From Candidatus Staskawiczbacteria bacterium (lineage in GTDB: Bacteria; Patescibacteriota; Minisyncoccia; Minisyncoccales; Staskawiczbacteraceae), in assembly GCA_023245195.1 (NCBI GenBank), contig JAHFKU010000002.1, positions 1 through 49,827 on the forward strand: a DNA stretch of 49,827 bases. The letters are read 5' to 3'. This document shows positions 27,666 through 35,132 of the stretch, piece after piece. Every line of letters starts with the position of its first letter. The first letter of the stretch is position 1. A program made the position numbers and the translations under genes. The notes beneath the pieces were generated by a model. It was not told the DNA's origin. It saw only the letters and a list, made by a program, of their open reading frames with translations, and did not search any database.

Positions 27666-29345
27666 CTACACTCCGGGGCCTTGAGGCGGCATTTGATTTT
27701 GGCCCGGGCCTGGCATTTGATTCTGGCTTTGATTTTGCGGCTGATTTTGTGACTGATTTTGCATTTGTTCTTGATACTTATTTTTGCGGCCTTGAGACCA
27801 AAGAATCGCAATCAAAACAATTAAAAGCGTCACCACAAATACTGCCAAAACAATGATCACGATAATCAACAGCCAATTCTGGCTTTCCGATGGCTGGGTT
27901 GAAACCGGAACAGAAGGCGCTGTGGTAGAAGTATCAATAGGAGTAGTGTTTGTTGGTTCGGGAGCGGGCGTAGTTGAAGCAGGAGATTCGGAATCAAATT
28001 CATAAGCTCCAATATCATCTCCGGCGCCCTTGGGCCTAGCGCTTCCTTCTATATCACTGGCAACCATTACCAGCGTACCCGCATCAACTGCCGGGCTGCC
28101 GTTTACCAAGTGGTAATCATTGGCCGCGGAATTAACAAATAAATCGGCAGCATTGGCAATAAACGAATGTTTATCCTGGCCGGTCTTGGCTTGCCATTGG
28201 GCCAACGTAAGATTGGTGTCGCCCGTATTTTTATCGGCCATGAATATATTCGTAACAATATTGTAGTCGCTCACAAATCCAGAAAGGCTGTCGGCGGAAA
28301 TTTCAATACTGCCATGCCTGCTAGCATCGTTGAGTAAAATATTATTAGTAACTTTGTTGCCCGTGCTTTTATTATCAATATTAATCGGCCATCGAGAACC
28401 TGAAGGCATCAAAATGGTGTTATTGACCACCAAGTTATTTTTAGAAGCCTCAGCGCCATCTTGCATAAAAAGGGCGATGCCGCTTGAGTGATTATTGTAC
28501 AACACATTATTGCGAATGGTTGAATTTTGAACACCATCCAAATTAATCGCAGATCCACCAGCCGTCCCGTTATCATAAATAATATTTCCCTCAATTAGGG
28601 CGTTTTTTATAATACCGTCTCCACCATTGCTAATGTCGGCATTAAGCTGAATACCACCATTAGCATTACTAAACGAAGTGTTATTTTTTACGATCGGATT
28701 ATCAGCGCTGTTAGAAACGTAAATGCCGTGTTCTTGGGAAGAATGAGAAATAATATTATTTTCAACATCAATATTTTGGGCGTGGCTGGTAAAAATGTTC
28801 GACCTTCCAGATCCATCAACATTATTATTGAGAATTTTTCCGCCGATTGATTCGGTATAGCGAATACCCGAGCGGGTTATGGTTCCATCGCTATTTTTAA
28901 TAGTAAAACCTTTAATAGTAATATAATTACAGCCTGGCTCAAAGTTAATGCCATCGGCCGTTTTTTGGTTATGGGAATTAATAATAACTGATCCGGCAGC
29001 AGCGCTAGGGTCGGCCTGAATGGTTATTGGCTGGCTAATAGTGCCGCTAATAACTCCGTAAATTCCCGTTTCGTCCCAGCCAGCAATAAATCCCGCATAA
29101 CTGCCAGATTTTACATTTAGCGTGTCGCCTGGCTTTAATTTACTAACGGCAGCTTGCAGGGTTTTGAAGGGAGCAGAGCTGCTTCCCACGCTAGCATCAC
29201 TGCCAGAAGGACTGACGTAAAAAGTACTGCCAGCGGCGGTTGCCGGCGATAGCAACAAACTGGACACTCCCAGTAAACACATTGTAGCCAATACCAGCAA
29301 ACTTATTTTGGTATTTTTTTTAAAACCGTAAAATCCATGATACAT
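27666..29345 (-). CDS. surface protein: signal peptide, DUF1565-like N-terminus, right-handed parallel beta-helix repeats, Pro/Thr linker, TM anchor, Q/N-rich tail
   Basis: 559 aa. FYVSPSGSD...APFKTLQAAV...PGDT, then many NN(I/V)xxN repeats, a PAPEPTNTTP linker, LLIIVIIVLAVFVVTLLIVLIAIL, and a QNQSQNQPQNQ tail. Confidence 0.75.
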   Translation of the reverse strand: MYHGFYGFKKNTKISLLVLATMCLLGVSSLLLSPATAAGSTFYVSPSGSDASVGSSSAPFKTLQAAVSKLKPGDTLNVKSGSYAGFIAGWDETGIYGVISGTISQPITIQADPSAAAGSVIINSHNQKTADGINFEPGCNYITIKGFTIKNSDGTITRSGIRYTESIGGKILNNNVDGSGRSNIFTSHAQNIDVENNIISHSSQEHGIYVSNSADNPIVKNNTSFSNANGGIQLNADISNGGDGIIKNALIEGNIIYDNGTAGGSAINLDGVQNSTIRNNVLYNNHSSGIALFMQDGAEASKNNLVVNNTILMPSGSRWPINIDNKSTGNKVTNNILLNDASRHGSIEISADSLSGFVSDYNIVTNIFMADKNTGDTNLTLAQWQAKTGQDKHSFIANAADLFVNSAANDYHLVNGSPAVDAGTLVMVASDIEGSARPKGAGDDIGAYEFDSESPASTTPAPEPTNTTPIDTSTTAPSVPVSTQPSESQNWLLIIVIIVLAVFVVTLLIVLIAILWSQGRKNKYQEQMQNQSQNQPQNQSQNQMPGPGQNQMPPQGPGV

Positions 29346-29434
29346 AAAGTTTATACATATACAGATTCGATTTTAAAATACTCGTGATATTTTAAAATGA
29401 ATCTTAACATGCAAAATAAAACAATTATTACATT

Positions 29435-29443
29435 ATTATACCA
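29435..29443 (-). promoter_or_regulatory. extended -10 (TGGTATAAT) for the beta-helix gene
   Basis: Minus strand reads TGGTATAAT about 90 nt upstream of the ATG. An 11-bp inverted repeat (ATTTTAAAATA/TATTTTAAAAT, about 29373-29401) lies in the presumed leader. Confidence 0.45.
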
Positions 29444-29485
29444 CAGAAAAAAATAGTACCATACCAATAATTAAAACCCCATTCA

Positions 29486-29514
29486 TTTACTTTTCATTTC
29501 TTTAGAACTATAAT
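29486..29514 (+). promoter_or_regulatory. candidate promoter TTTACT-N17-TATAAT upstream of E2 / SEC-C gene
   Basis: Motifs and spacing read directly. The -35 is weak. Confidence 0.35.
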
Positions 29515-29554
29515 GAAAATAATTTAGAAAGGTCGTGGAAAAATAAATTTAAAT

Positions 29555-29735
29555 TTTAAACCTTGAATCAGGAAATGCTTTCAGTGGATTTCCTCCAAAT
29601 TTGGAAGGTGAAAATTCGATAGAATTTTGAGTCATAGCCAAAGGCTTCTGGCTCAAAATTATTGCGGATTTTCAACCCAAATTTGGAGGAAAGACCTGAA
29701 ACTTTTTTCCAAGGCATTTCGTGATTTAAGGTTAA
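29555..29735 (+). ncRNA. Long-hairpin element E2 (family E1-E3), 5' leader of the SEC-C mini-protein gene
   Basis: GAAATGC.../...GCATTTC outer stem, CCTCCAAATTTGG/CCAAATTTGGAGG stem, and conserved internal blocks shared with E1 and E3. The core ends 24 nt before the ATG. Confidence 0.5.
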
Positions 29736-29743
29736 TAAAAAAT

Positions 29744-29911
29744 ATGGACGAAGCACAAAAAGCTAAATTAGAAACAAAACCATGTCCAACCTGTGGAGCA
29801 GATAAAATGTATGGTACATGTTGTGGAAAAGAAGAAATGTGTTTTTGCGGATCTGGAAAAATGGCTAAAGATTGCTGCATGATGACACCAGAAGAACACG
29901 CCGCGATGTAA
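29744..29911 (+). CDS. Cys-rich SEC-C motif mini-protein
   Basis: 55 aa from the internal ATG at 29744. CPTCG...GTCCG...CFCGSGKMAKDCC matches the SEC-C metal-binding motif. The upstream part of the tracked ORF covers E2. Confidence 0.6.
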   Translation: MDEAQKAKLETKPCPTCGADKMYGTCCGKEEMCFCGSGKMAKDCCMMTPEEHAAM

Positions 29912-29928
29912 TTCCTTACGTAAACAAC

Positions 29929-29953
29929 AAAAAACCGGCAACGCCGGTTTTTT
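29929..29953 (+). terminator. Intrinsic terminator
   Basis: AAAAACCGGC-AAC-GCCGGTTTTTT. Confidence 0.7.
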
Positions 29954-29993
29954 GTTGCAATCATTCTAAAATAAGATAACATAATAGAAGCAA

Positions 29994-30065
29994 GCTCTCG
30001 TCGTTCAACGGATAGGACGCCAGGTTGCGGACTTGGTGATAGAGGTTCGATTCCTCTCGAGAGCA
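29994..30065 (+). tRNA. tRNA-Arg (anticodon GCG)
   Basis: Acceptor GCTCTCG/CGAGAGC plus A, anticodon stem CCAGG/CTTGG (one G-U) with loop TTGCGGA, T-arm AGAGG-TTCGATT-CCTCT. Confidence 0.75.
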
Positions 30066-30097
30066 CCGTTTCTTTGATCTTTAACAAAGAGGTAAAT

Positions 30098-30634
30098 ATG
30101 GCTAATCACCCAGCGGCAACGCAGGCACGAGTTTTGGGTGAAGATTTTGAAGGATTTTCAAGATTTATTAAAGATTCACATCGATGGCTAGAACGAATAA
30201 AAAAGAAAAGTATTTTCTGGCAATTGGAGGATAGAAAGATTGGAGCGCTTACAATGTGGCCAATGCTTTCTACAGCGGCATTAGGAATTGATGAAAATGT
30301 TAAAAAACTCCATGTATATTTTAACGATTATTCGAAATTAGAATATGCCTTCGGATGCCTGGGACATGAAATTGCCCACACGTTTGGTTTAAACTTTAAA
30401 AAAGATTCTATTACAAAAACATTTGATCAACATTCAGATAAATTTCACTTCAACCCCGATGAATATGGACCTACGATATTTTTCATTGAAGACCTTTGCA
30501 ACGCGTTTGCCAGAAAATGGGTATCCATTAATACCAAAGAAAAAATCAAAAAGGACTGTCAGGAGAGAAACAACATGCTATCGGCCTTCATTTTGTTCAT
30601 TTCTGATGCCAGAGAAAAAGAATATACATTATAA
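30098..30634 (+). CDS. putative zinc metallopeptidase (HExxH; ImmA/IrrE-like)
   Basis: 178 aa from the ATG at 30098, which is preceded by AAAGAGG. The only recognisable feature is the GCLGHEIAHTFG motif. Confidence 0.45.
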   Translation: MANHPAATQARVLGEDFEGFSRFIKDSHRWLERIKKKSIFWQLEDRKIGALTMWPMLSTAALGIDENVKKLHVYFNDYSKLEYAFGCLGHEIAHTFGLNFKKDSITKTFDQHSDKFHFNPDEYGPTIFFIEDLCNAFARKWVSINTKEKIKKDCQERNNMLSAFILFISDAREKEYTL

Positions 30635-30719
30635 ACCAAGGAATCGCTTGGTTTTTTTATTGAATTTAATTTTTAAAAGTTATCCACAGGTTGTTATTTT
30701 TCCTAAGTAAAAACGAGAT

Positions 30720-30748
30720 TTGCATCAAAAAAACAAAAAGAGTAAAAT
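30720..30748 (+). promoter_or_regulatory. candidate promoter TTGCAT-N17-TAAAAT of the nrdA leader
   Basis: Motifs and spacing read directly. The predicted start coincides with the 5' end of E3. Confidence 0.5.
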
Positions 30749-30753
30749 GTAGT

Positions 30754-30930
30754 TACTTTAAATTGCAAAATGCTTTCAAGGAATTTTATTTAAATTTCAC
30801 GGCGAAAATTTGATAGAATTTCAAAATGTAGTTTGCTACATTTTGAAATTATTGCGAATTTGCAGATGAAATTTAAAGAAAAGACCTGAAATTACTTTTC
30901 ATAAGGAGGCATTTTCGATTTAAAGTAAGA
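30754..30930 (+). ncRNA. Long-hairpin element E3 (family E1-E3), 5' leader of nrdA
   Basis: AAAATGC.../...GCATTTT stem, TTTAAATTTCA/TGAAATTTAAA stem, and a 13-bp apical stem TTTCAAAATGTAG/CTACATTTTGAAA. Conserved blocks match E1 and E2. Followed by an AT-rich hairpin plus T-run at 30981-31020. Confidence 0.5.
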
Positions 30931-31072
30931 TTACATAAAAAATAATTCAAAAATCAAAGTTCAAAAATCAAATTTTAGGTATCAAAATTTTCTTTTCGAG
31001 AAAATTTTGATGAATTTTTTAATTTTAAATTGTCATTTTGCATTTTGATATTTGCATTTTGCATTAACTATC

Positions 31073-33913
31073 ATGGATTTAACCATCACAAAACGCGACG
31101 GGACCAAAGTATTATTTAATGCCGATAAAATTAATCGTTCTATAGAACGCGCCGCGTTTGGGATGATTGACCCTATCGCTAAAGTTACTCAAGTAGCTAC
31201 CGATACTAAAGTTACACTGTATGATGGCATCACCACTGAAGAATTAGACCAAGCCACCATTAATGCCGCTGTTCAAAACATAAAAGAAGATGTTGATTAT
31301 GACAAAATTGCCACTCGCCTACTATTAAAGACTGTTTATAAGCACGTCTTGGGCGATTACGAAACTAACGAAGAATTAAAAAAACTCCACAAAGAACATT
31401 TTGCGGACTATGTAAAAAAAGGCGTGGCAGATAACATCCTAGATGAAAGAATGCAAAAAAACTTTGATCTGGAAAAACTGGCCGCTGCCTTAGACATTTC
31501 GCGCGACGAATTATTTATTTACGCCGGACTTTCCAGCCTTTTAGACCGATATTCAGTAAAAGATAAAAACCAGCAAGCTTTTGAAACACCCCAGTATTTA
31601 TTCATGCGCGTGGCCATGGGAAATTCTTATAACGAAGTTGACCCAACCGAATGGGCCATCAAATTTTACGAGAAAATGTCCCAACACGAATACATTGCCG
31701 GTGGGTCAACCAATATCAATGCCGGCACCCCAAATCCCGCCCTTTCAAACTGCTTTTTGCTTGAAATCCATGACGACATGAACCATATTTCAAAATCGGT
31801 GGCCGATGTCATGCTTTTATCTAAAGCTTCCGGTGGGCTAGGCGCTTCTATTACTAAGCTGCGCGCTACCGGATCTCCCCTATCAAGCAACAACACCACT
31901 TCAAGTGGCCCAACCCCTTTTGCAAAAATCATTGACACGGCCATCCGGGCTATCCAACGCGGAGGCAAAAAAAAGGGCGCCCTTTGTTTTTACATGGAAA
32001 ACTGGCACATTGATTTTCCGGAATTTGTTGAATGGAAGCACAATGCCGGCGACGATTATTTAAGAATGCGAACCGCCGACACCGCCGCCTATCTTTCTGA
32101 TGAATTTTTCAAACGAGTTGAGGCCCGCCAAGACTGGTATATGTTTGACCCAAAAGAAACTCCTGATTTAAACGAACTATACGGCAAAGCATTTTCGATC
32201 CGCTATAACGAATATGTCAAAATGGCCGATGAAGGAAAGTTAAGAATGTTTAAAAAAGTCCCGGCCACTGAACAATATCGCCAAATCTTGGTTGCCCTGC
32301 AAACGACCAGCCATCCATGGCTCACTTTTAAAGATCCGATCAATTTACGGGCGCTAAACAACAATACCGGCACGATTCACATGTCAAACCTGTGCACTGA
32401 AATTTGTTTACCTCAAGATAAAGATAATATTGCGGTTTGCAACTTAGCTTCTATTAATATCCCGACCCATTTAAAGAAAAAACAGATTGACTGGCAAAAA
32501 CTGGAAGAATCTGTCAGACTGGCTGTGCGCCAATTAGATAATTTGATAGATATTAATATTTTGCCGGTGCCCGAAGCTAGAAAATCAGATTCTGAAAACC
32601 GCGCTATTGGACTTGGTGTCATGGGATTTTCCGATGCTATTGAACAACTTGGTATTCCCTATGATTCGCCCCATGCCTATGATTTTACCGATAAAATGTT
32701 TGAGTTTATCAGCCATATGGCCATTGATGAATCGGCTAATTTGGCGGCTGAACGCGGAAGTTACAAAAATTTTGCCGGATCAGAATGGTCAAAAGGAAAA
32801 GTGCCGATAGACACTATGGAAAGGTTGGAACTGGAACGCGGAATTGCTATTGATGTTGATAAAAAATCAAAACAAAATTGGCTAGATTGGGAAACCCTGC
32901 GCGCTAAAGTAAAAAACGGCATGAGAAATGCTACGCTTATGGCGGTTGCCCCCAATGCCAACATTGGCCTCGTAGCCGGAACCACTCCGGGCATTGATCC
33001 GCGGTTTGCCCAGGTATTTTCGCGCAATAAAATTTCTGGGAAATATTTAGACATCAACCATAATTTGGTCACTGAATTGAAAAATATGAATTTATGGGAT
33101 ATGGTAAAAGGCAAAATTATTGAATTGCAGGGCGATATTTCAAGCATCCAAGAAATCCCGCCCCATATCCGCGAAATTTATAAAACTTCTTTTTCGGTTT
33201 CGCCGTATGCCTTTGTAGAAGTGGCGGCCCGGGCCCAAAAATGGGTTGATCAAGCATTGTCGCGAAATATGTATTTGGAAGACCGCGATATGGACAAAAC
33301 CATGGACATCTATTTTTCTGCTTGGAAGAAAGGGTTAAAATCAACTTATTATTTGCACATGAAACCACGCCACAGCGCCGAACAAAGCACGGTGGCCGTT
33401 AATAAGTCGGCTAAATTGGGCAAGACGGGGTTTGCGTCCGTCTTTAAGACGGCGCAGATTAACGCGGATGAAACGCGGATTAACGCAGATATGAAAGTTG
33501 AAGTAATATCGGAAGTTGTTAAAGAAGAAGTTATTGAAAAAGAACAGGATCAAATCATTGATTCCGCCTTCGCCGAAATTCCGGCGGACAGATCAGCGGA
33601 CGAAGAGGCGATTTCCACCAAAGGCTTTGGCGCACTCCGGCAAACTGCAACTGAATCCGCCTCAACTCAAAGCTTTGATGAAACAAAGCCAGTAAAAATA
33701 GTTGTAGAACCCTTAAAACAAGTTTCAGAGCCTATTTTTTCAAAAGTGCAAACTCAGTTGTCCCCGTTGCAAAGCAACGAGGGATTCTCGATGAAATCAG
33801 AACCAAATCCAGAAAATAGCCACTACCAGGAAAAAATCATTGACGGAAAAGTATATAAAATCCACATGCCCACCGACCCAGCAGAAAAAAACATGTGCGA
33901 CGGCTGCCAATAA
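31073..33913 (+). CDS. nrdA: ribonucleoside-diphosphate reductase alpha subunit (class I) with ATP-cone and long low-complexity C-terminal extension
   Basis: ATP-cone (ITKRDGTKVLFNADKINRSIERA), catalytic blocks (NLCTEI..., GLGVMGF, STYYLHM) and a terminal CDGCQ. ATG at 31073 is preferred. Confidence 0.9.
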   Translation: MDLTITKRDGTKVLFNADKINRSIERAAFGMIDPIAKVTQVATDTKVTLYDGITTEELDQATINAAVQNIKEDVDYDKIATRLLLKTVYKHVLGDYETNEELKKLHKEHFADYVKKGVADNILDERMQKNFDLEKLAAALDISRDELFIYAGLSSLLDRYSVKDKNQQAFETPQYLFMRVAMGNSYNEVDPTEWAIKFYEKMSQHEYIAGGSTNINAGTPNPALSNCFLLEIHDDMNHISKSVADVMLLSKASGGLGASITKLRATGSPLSSNNTTSSGPTPFAKIIDTAIRAIQRGGKKKGALCFYMENWHIDFPEFVEWKHNAGDDYLRMRTADTAAYLSDEFFKRVEARQDWYMFDPKETPDLNELYGKAFSIRYNEYVKMADEGKLRMFKKVPATEQYRQILVALQTTSHPWLTFKDPINLRALNNNTGTIHMSNLCTEICLPQDKDNIAVCNLASINIPTHLKKKQIDWQKLEESVRLAVRQLDNLIDINILPVPEARKSDSENRAIGLGVMGFSDAIEQLGIPYDSPHAYDFTDKMFEFISHMAIDESANLAAERGSYKNFAGSEWSKGKVPIDTMERLELERGIAIDVDKKSKQNWLDWETLRAKVKNGMRNATLMAVAPNANIGLVAGTTPGIDPRFAQVFSRNKISGKYLDINHNLVTELKNMNLWDMVKGKIIELQGDISSIQEIPPHIREIYKTSFSVSPYAFVEVAARAQKWVDQALSRNMYLEDRDMDKTMDIYFSAWKKGLKSTYYLHMKPRHSAEQSTVAVNKSAKLGKTGFASVFKTAQINADETRINADMKVEVISEVVKEEVIEKEQDQIIDSAFAEIPADRSADEEAISTKGFGALRQTATESASTQSFDETKPVKIVVEPLKQVSEPIFSKVQTQLSPLQSNEGFSMKSEPNPENSHYQEKIIDGKVYKIHMPTDPAEKNMCDGCQ

Positions 33914-33914
33914 A

Positions 33915-34232
33915 ATGAACCCAACAAAATTATCACTAAAATTAGCTGGCTTTCTTGCTCTATTTATCGTTATTAGTGACAACGTTAAATTAGACACATT
34001 AAAATTCGATGAGAATGCAATAAAGGAGAAAAAGTTTGATAATTTAAAATTAGAAAGTCCGAGTCCAAAACTAGAAACCTACCAACCACTAAAATTCTCA
34101 ACTTTAGATATAACAAGAAGGAATTATCCATTAAATTCAGAAAGAGAAGAGGGTGTTAGCGATTATCTTCAAAATTACCAACTATCCGGCAGTCCAGATT
34201 CAAGTATTAGTTTTCGTTTTTTTCAATTCTAA
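33915..34232 (+). CDS. hypothetical signal-anchored protein
   Basis: ATG lies 1 nt after the nrdA stop. MNPTKLSLKLAGFLALFIVISD... The upstream part of the tracked ORF overlaps nrdA out of frame. Confidence 0.4.
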   Translation: MNPTKLSLKLAGFLALFIVISDNVKLDTLKFDENAIKEKKFDNLKLESPSPKLETYQPLKFSTLDITRRNYPLNSEREEGVSDYLQNYQLSGSPDSSISFRFFQF

Positions 34233-34248
34233 GACAACCAAATTAATA

Positions 34249-34390
34249 GATAGATTTTTTGGAGGACTTACCTATGTTGCGCCTCCAGAATGACAGCTCT
34301 CCAGCCCAAGCATATGGAGTTTCTGATAGGAGGGAACGTATGCCCGAGGAATATCGGAGATCGATATAGGTATCGTCCAAAAAATCTATC
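34249..34390 (+). other. G+C-richer structured module closed by a 15-bp perfect inverted repeat; contains a 31-codon ORF (34274-34369)
   Basis: GATAGATTTTTTGGA (34249-34263) pairs with TCCAAAAAATCTATC (34376-34390). A second stem is GGAC..ACCTAT/ATAGGT..GTCC. GGAGG lies 8 nt upstream of the ATG at 34274. Confidence 0.4.
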
Positions 34391-34414
34391 TTCTGAAATA
34401 GACTTATAAGAAAA

Positions 34415-34738
34415 ATGGAAAACCAACAAGAATTACAACAATCAACTCCTATGAAAAAGAGTTTTTGGAGTTGGCCTGGAGGATGGGCTAGCTATGTAGT
34501 TGTTGGTGCAATTTTTTACTATGCTCAAAACTATAATAAATCTGTTATTGATGGGATTATTATTATAGTTGTATCAATATCGTGTGGTTACTCTTATCAT
34601 TATTTCAATTCAAAATCAAAAATTAAAAACGAAACCTTAAAAGCTATCATAACTTTTATTGGCCTTATTCTACTTGGAATGCTTTGTATTTCATTTTTTA
34701 CTAGTTTTGGGGATGTGTTTATAAATAATTTATACTAA
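34415..34738 (+). CDS. hypothetical small membrane protein (about 3 TM)
   Basis: 107 aa with hydrophobic segments. No recognisable family. Confidence 0.45.
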   Translation: MENQQELQQSTPMKKSFWSWPGGWASYVVVGAIFYYAQNYNKSVIDGIIIIVVSISCGYSYHYFNSKSKIKNETLKAIITFIGLILLGMLCISFFTSFGDVFINNLY

Positions 34739-34762
34739 AAATAAATACTTAAAAAAATCAGG

Positions 34763-34810
34763 GCCAATATTAGGAAAAGCCTCTCCAGAGGATATCAATA
34801 TTCACCACAT
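34763..34810 (+). pseudogene. decayed duplicate of the nrdB 5' end
   Basis: GCCAATATTAGGAAAAGCCTCTCCAGAGGATATCAATATTCACCACAT against nrdB 36290-36337 gives 41/48 identical by hand alignment. It would encode PILGKASPEDINIHH. Confidence 0.75.
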
Positions 34811-34862
34811 AAACCATAAAAAATTAATTTGACTTTAATCTTTAACGCAATATAATGATTCC

Positions 34863-35111
34863 ATGACAAAAGCATTGACGGCTAAAATCAAAGGCAAAAA
34901 ACTTCCTATTATCATCCAAAAAGATGAAGATGGTTTTTATGTTGTAGAATGCCCTGTTTTTCGCGGTTGTTATACTCAGGGCAAAACGATTGATGAGGCT
35001 TTAGTAAATATCCGGGAAGTCATTGAACTTTGCTTAGAAGAGAAAGAAAATCAAGAAACATTAGAATCGTATAATCCCCAAGAACTCAGCTTGCACAATA
35101 TTAGTCTTTAG
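34863..35111 (+). CDS. hicB: HicB-family antitoxin (UPF0150)
   Basis: 82 aa. ...IIQKDEDGFYVVECPVFRGCYTQGKTIDEALVNIREVIELCLEE matches the HicB N-terminal fold pattern. Confidence 0.75.
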   Translation: MTKALTAKIKGKKLPIIIQKDEDGFYVVECPVFRGCYTQGKTIDEALVNIREVIELCLEEKENQETLESYNPQELSLHNISL

Positions 35112-35132
35112 AATTAATCTAATTTTCTCTTT

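Noticed and set aside
27620-27811. K/R-rich ORF 27620..27811 (-)
   Set aside because: It is an alternative frame of the word-repeat region that encodes the Q/N-rich tail of the beta-helix protein. It is low complexity and has no independent support.
29659-30087. ORF 29659..30087 (-), and the N-terminal extension of ORF 29627..29911 (+)
   Set aside because: The minus ORF is antisense to the SEC-C gene, its terminator and tRNA-Arg(GCG). The plus-strand extension upstream of ATG 29744 is simply translation of element E2.
30720-31072. Known nrd regulators in the nrdA leader (NrdR boxes, AdoCbl riboswitch, 2'-dG/purine riboswitch)
   Set aside because: I could not find the 16-bp NrdR-box palindrome pair, a B12-box, or the purine-riboswitch loop-loop consensus. 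The leader instead contains E3 plus an AT-rich hairpin. This should be confirmed with Rfam covariance models.
33380-33859. Possible intein or homing-endonuclease insertion in nrdA
   Set aside because: The extra sequence is C-terminal, low complexity and acidic. It has no Cys/Ser...His-Asn splice junctions and no LAGLIDADG or HNH blocks.
34323-34329. Hammerhead-like CUGAUAG inside the 34249-34390 module
   Set aside because: The core requires CUGANGA, and here position 6 is A. I could not place a matching GAAA/stem III arrangement.
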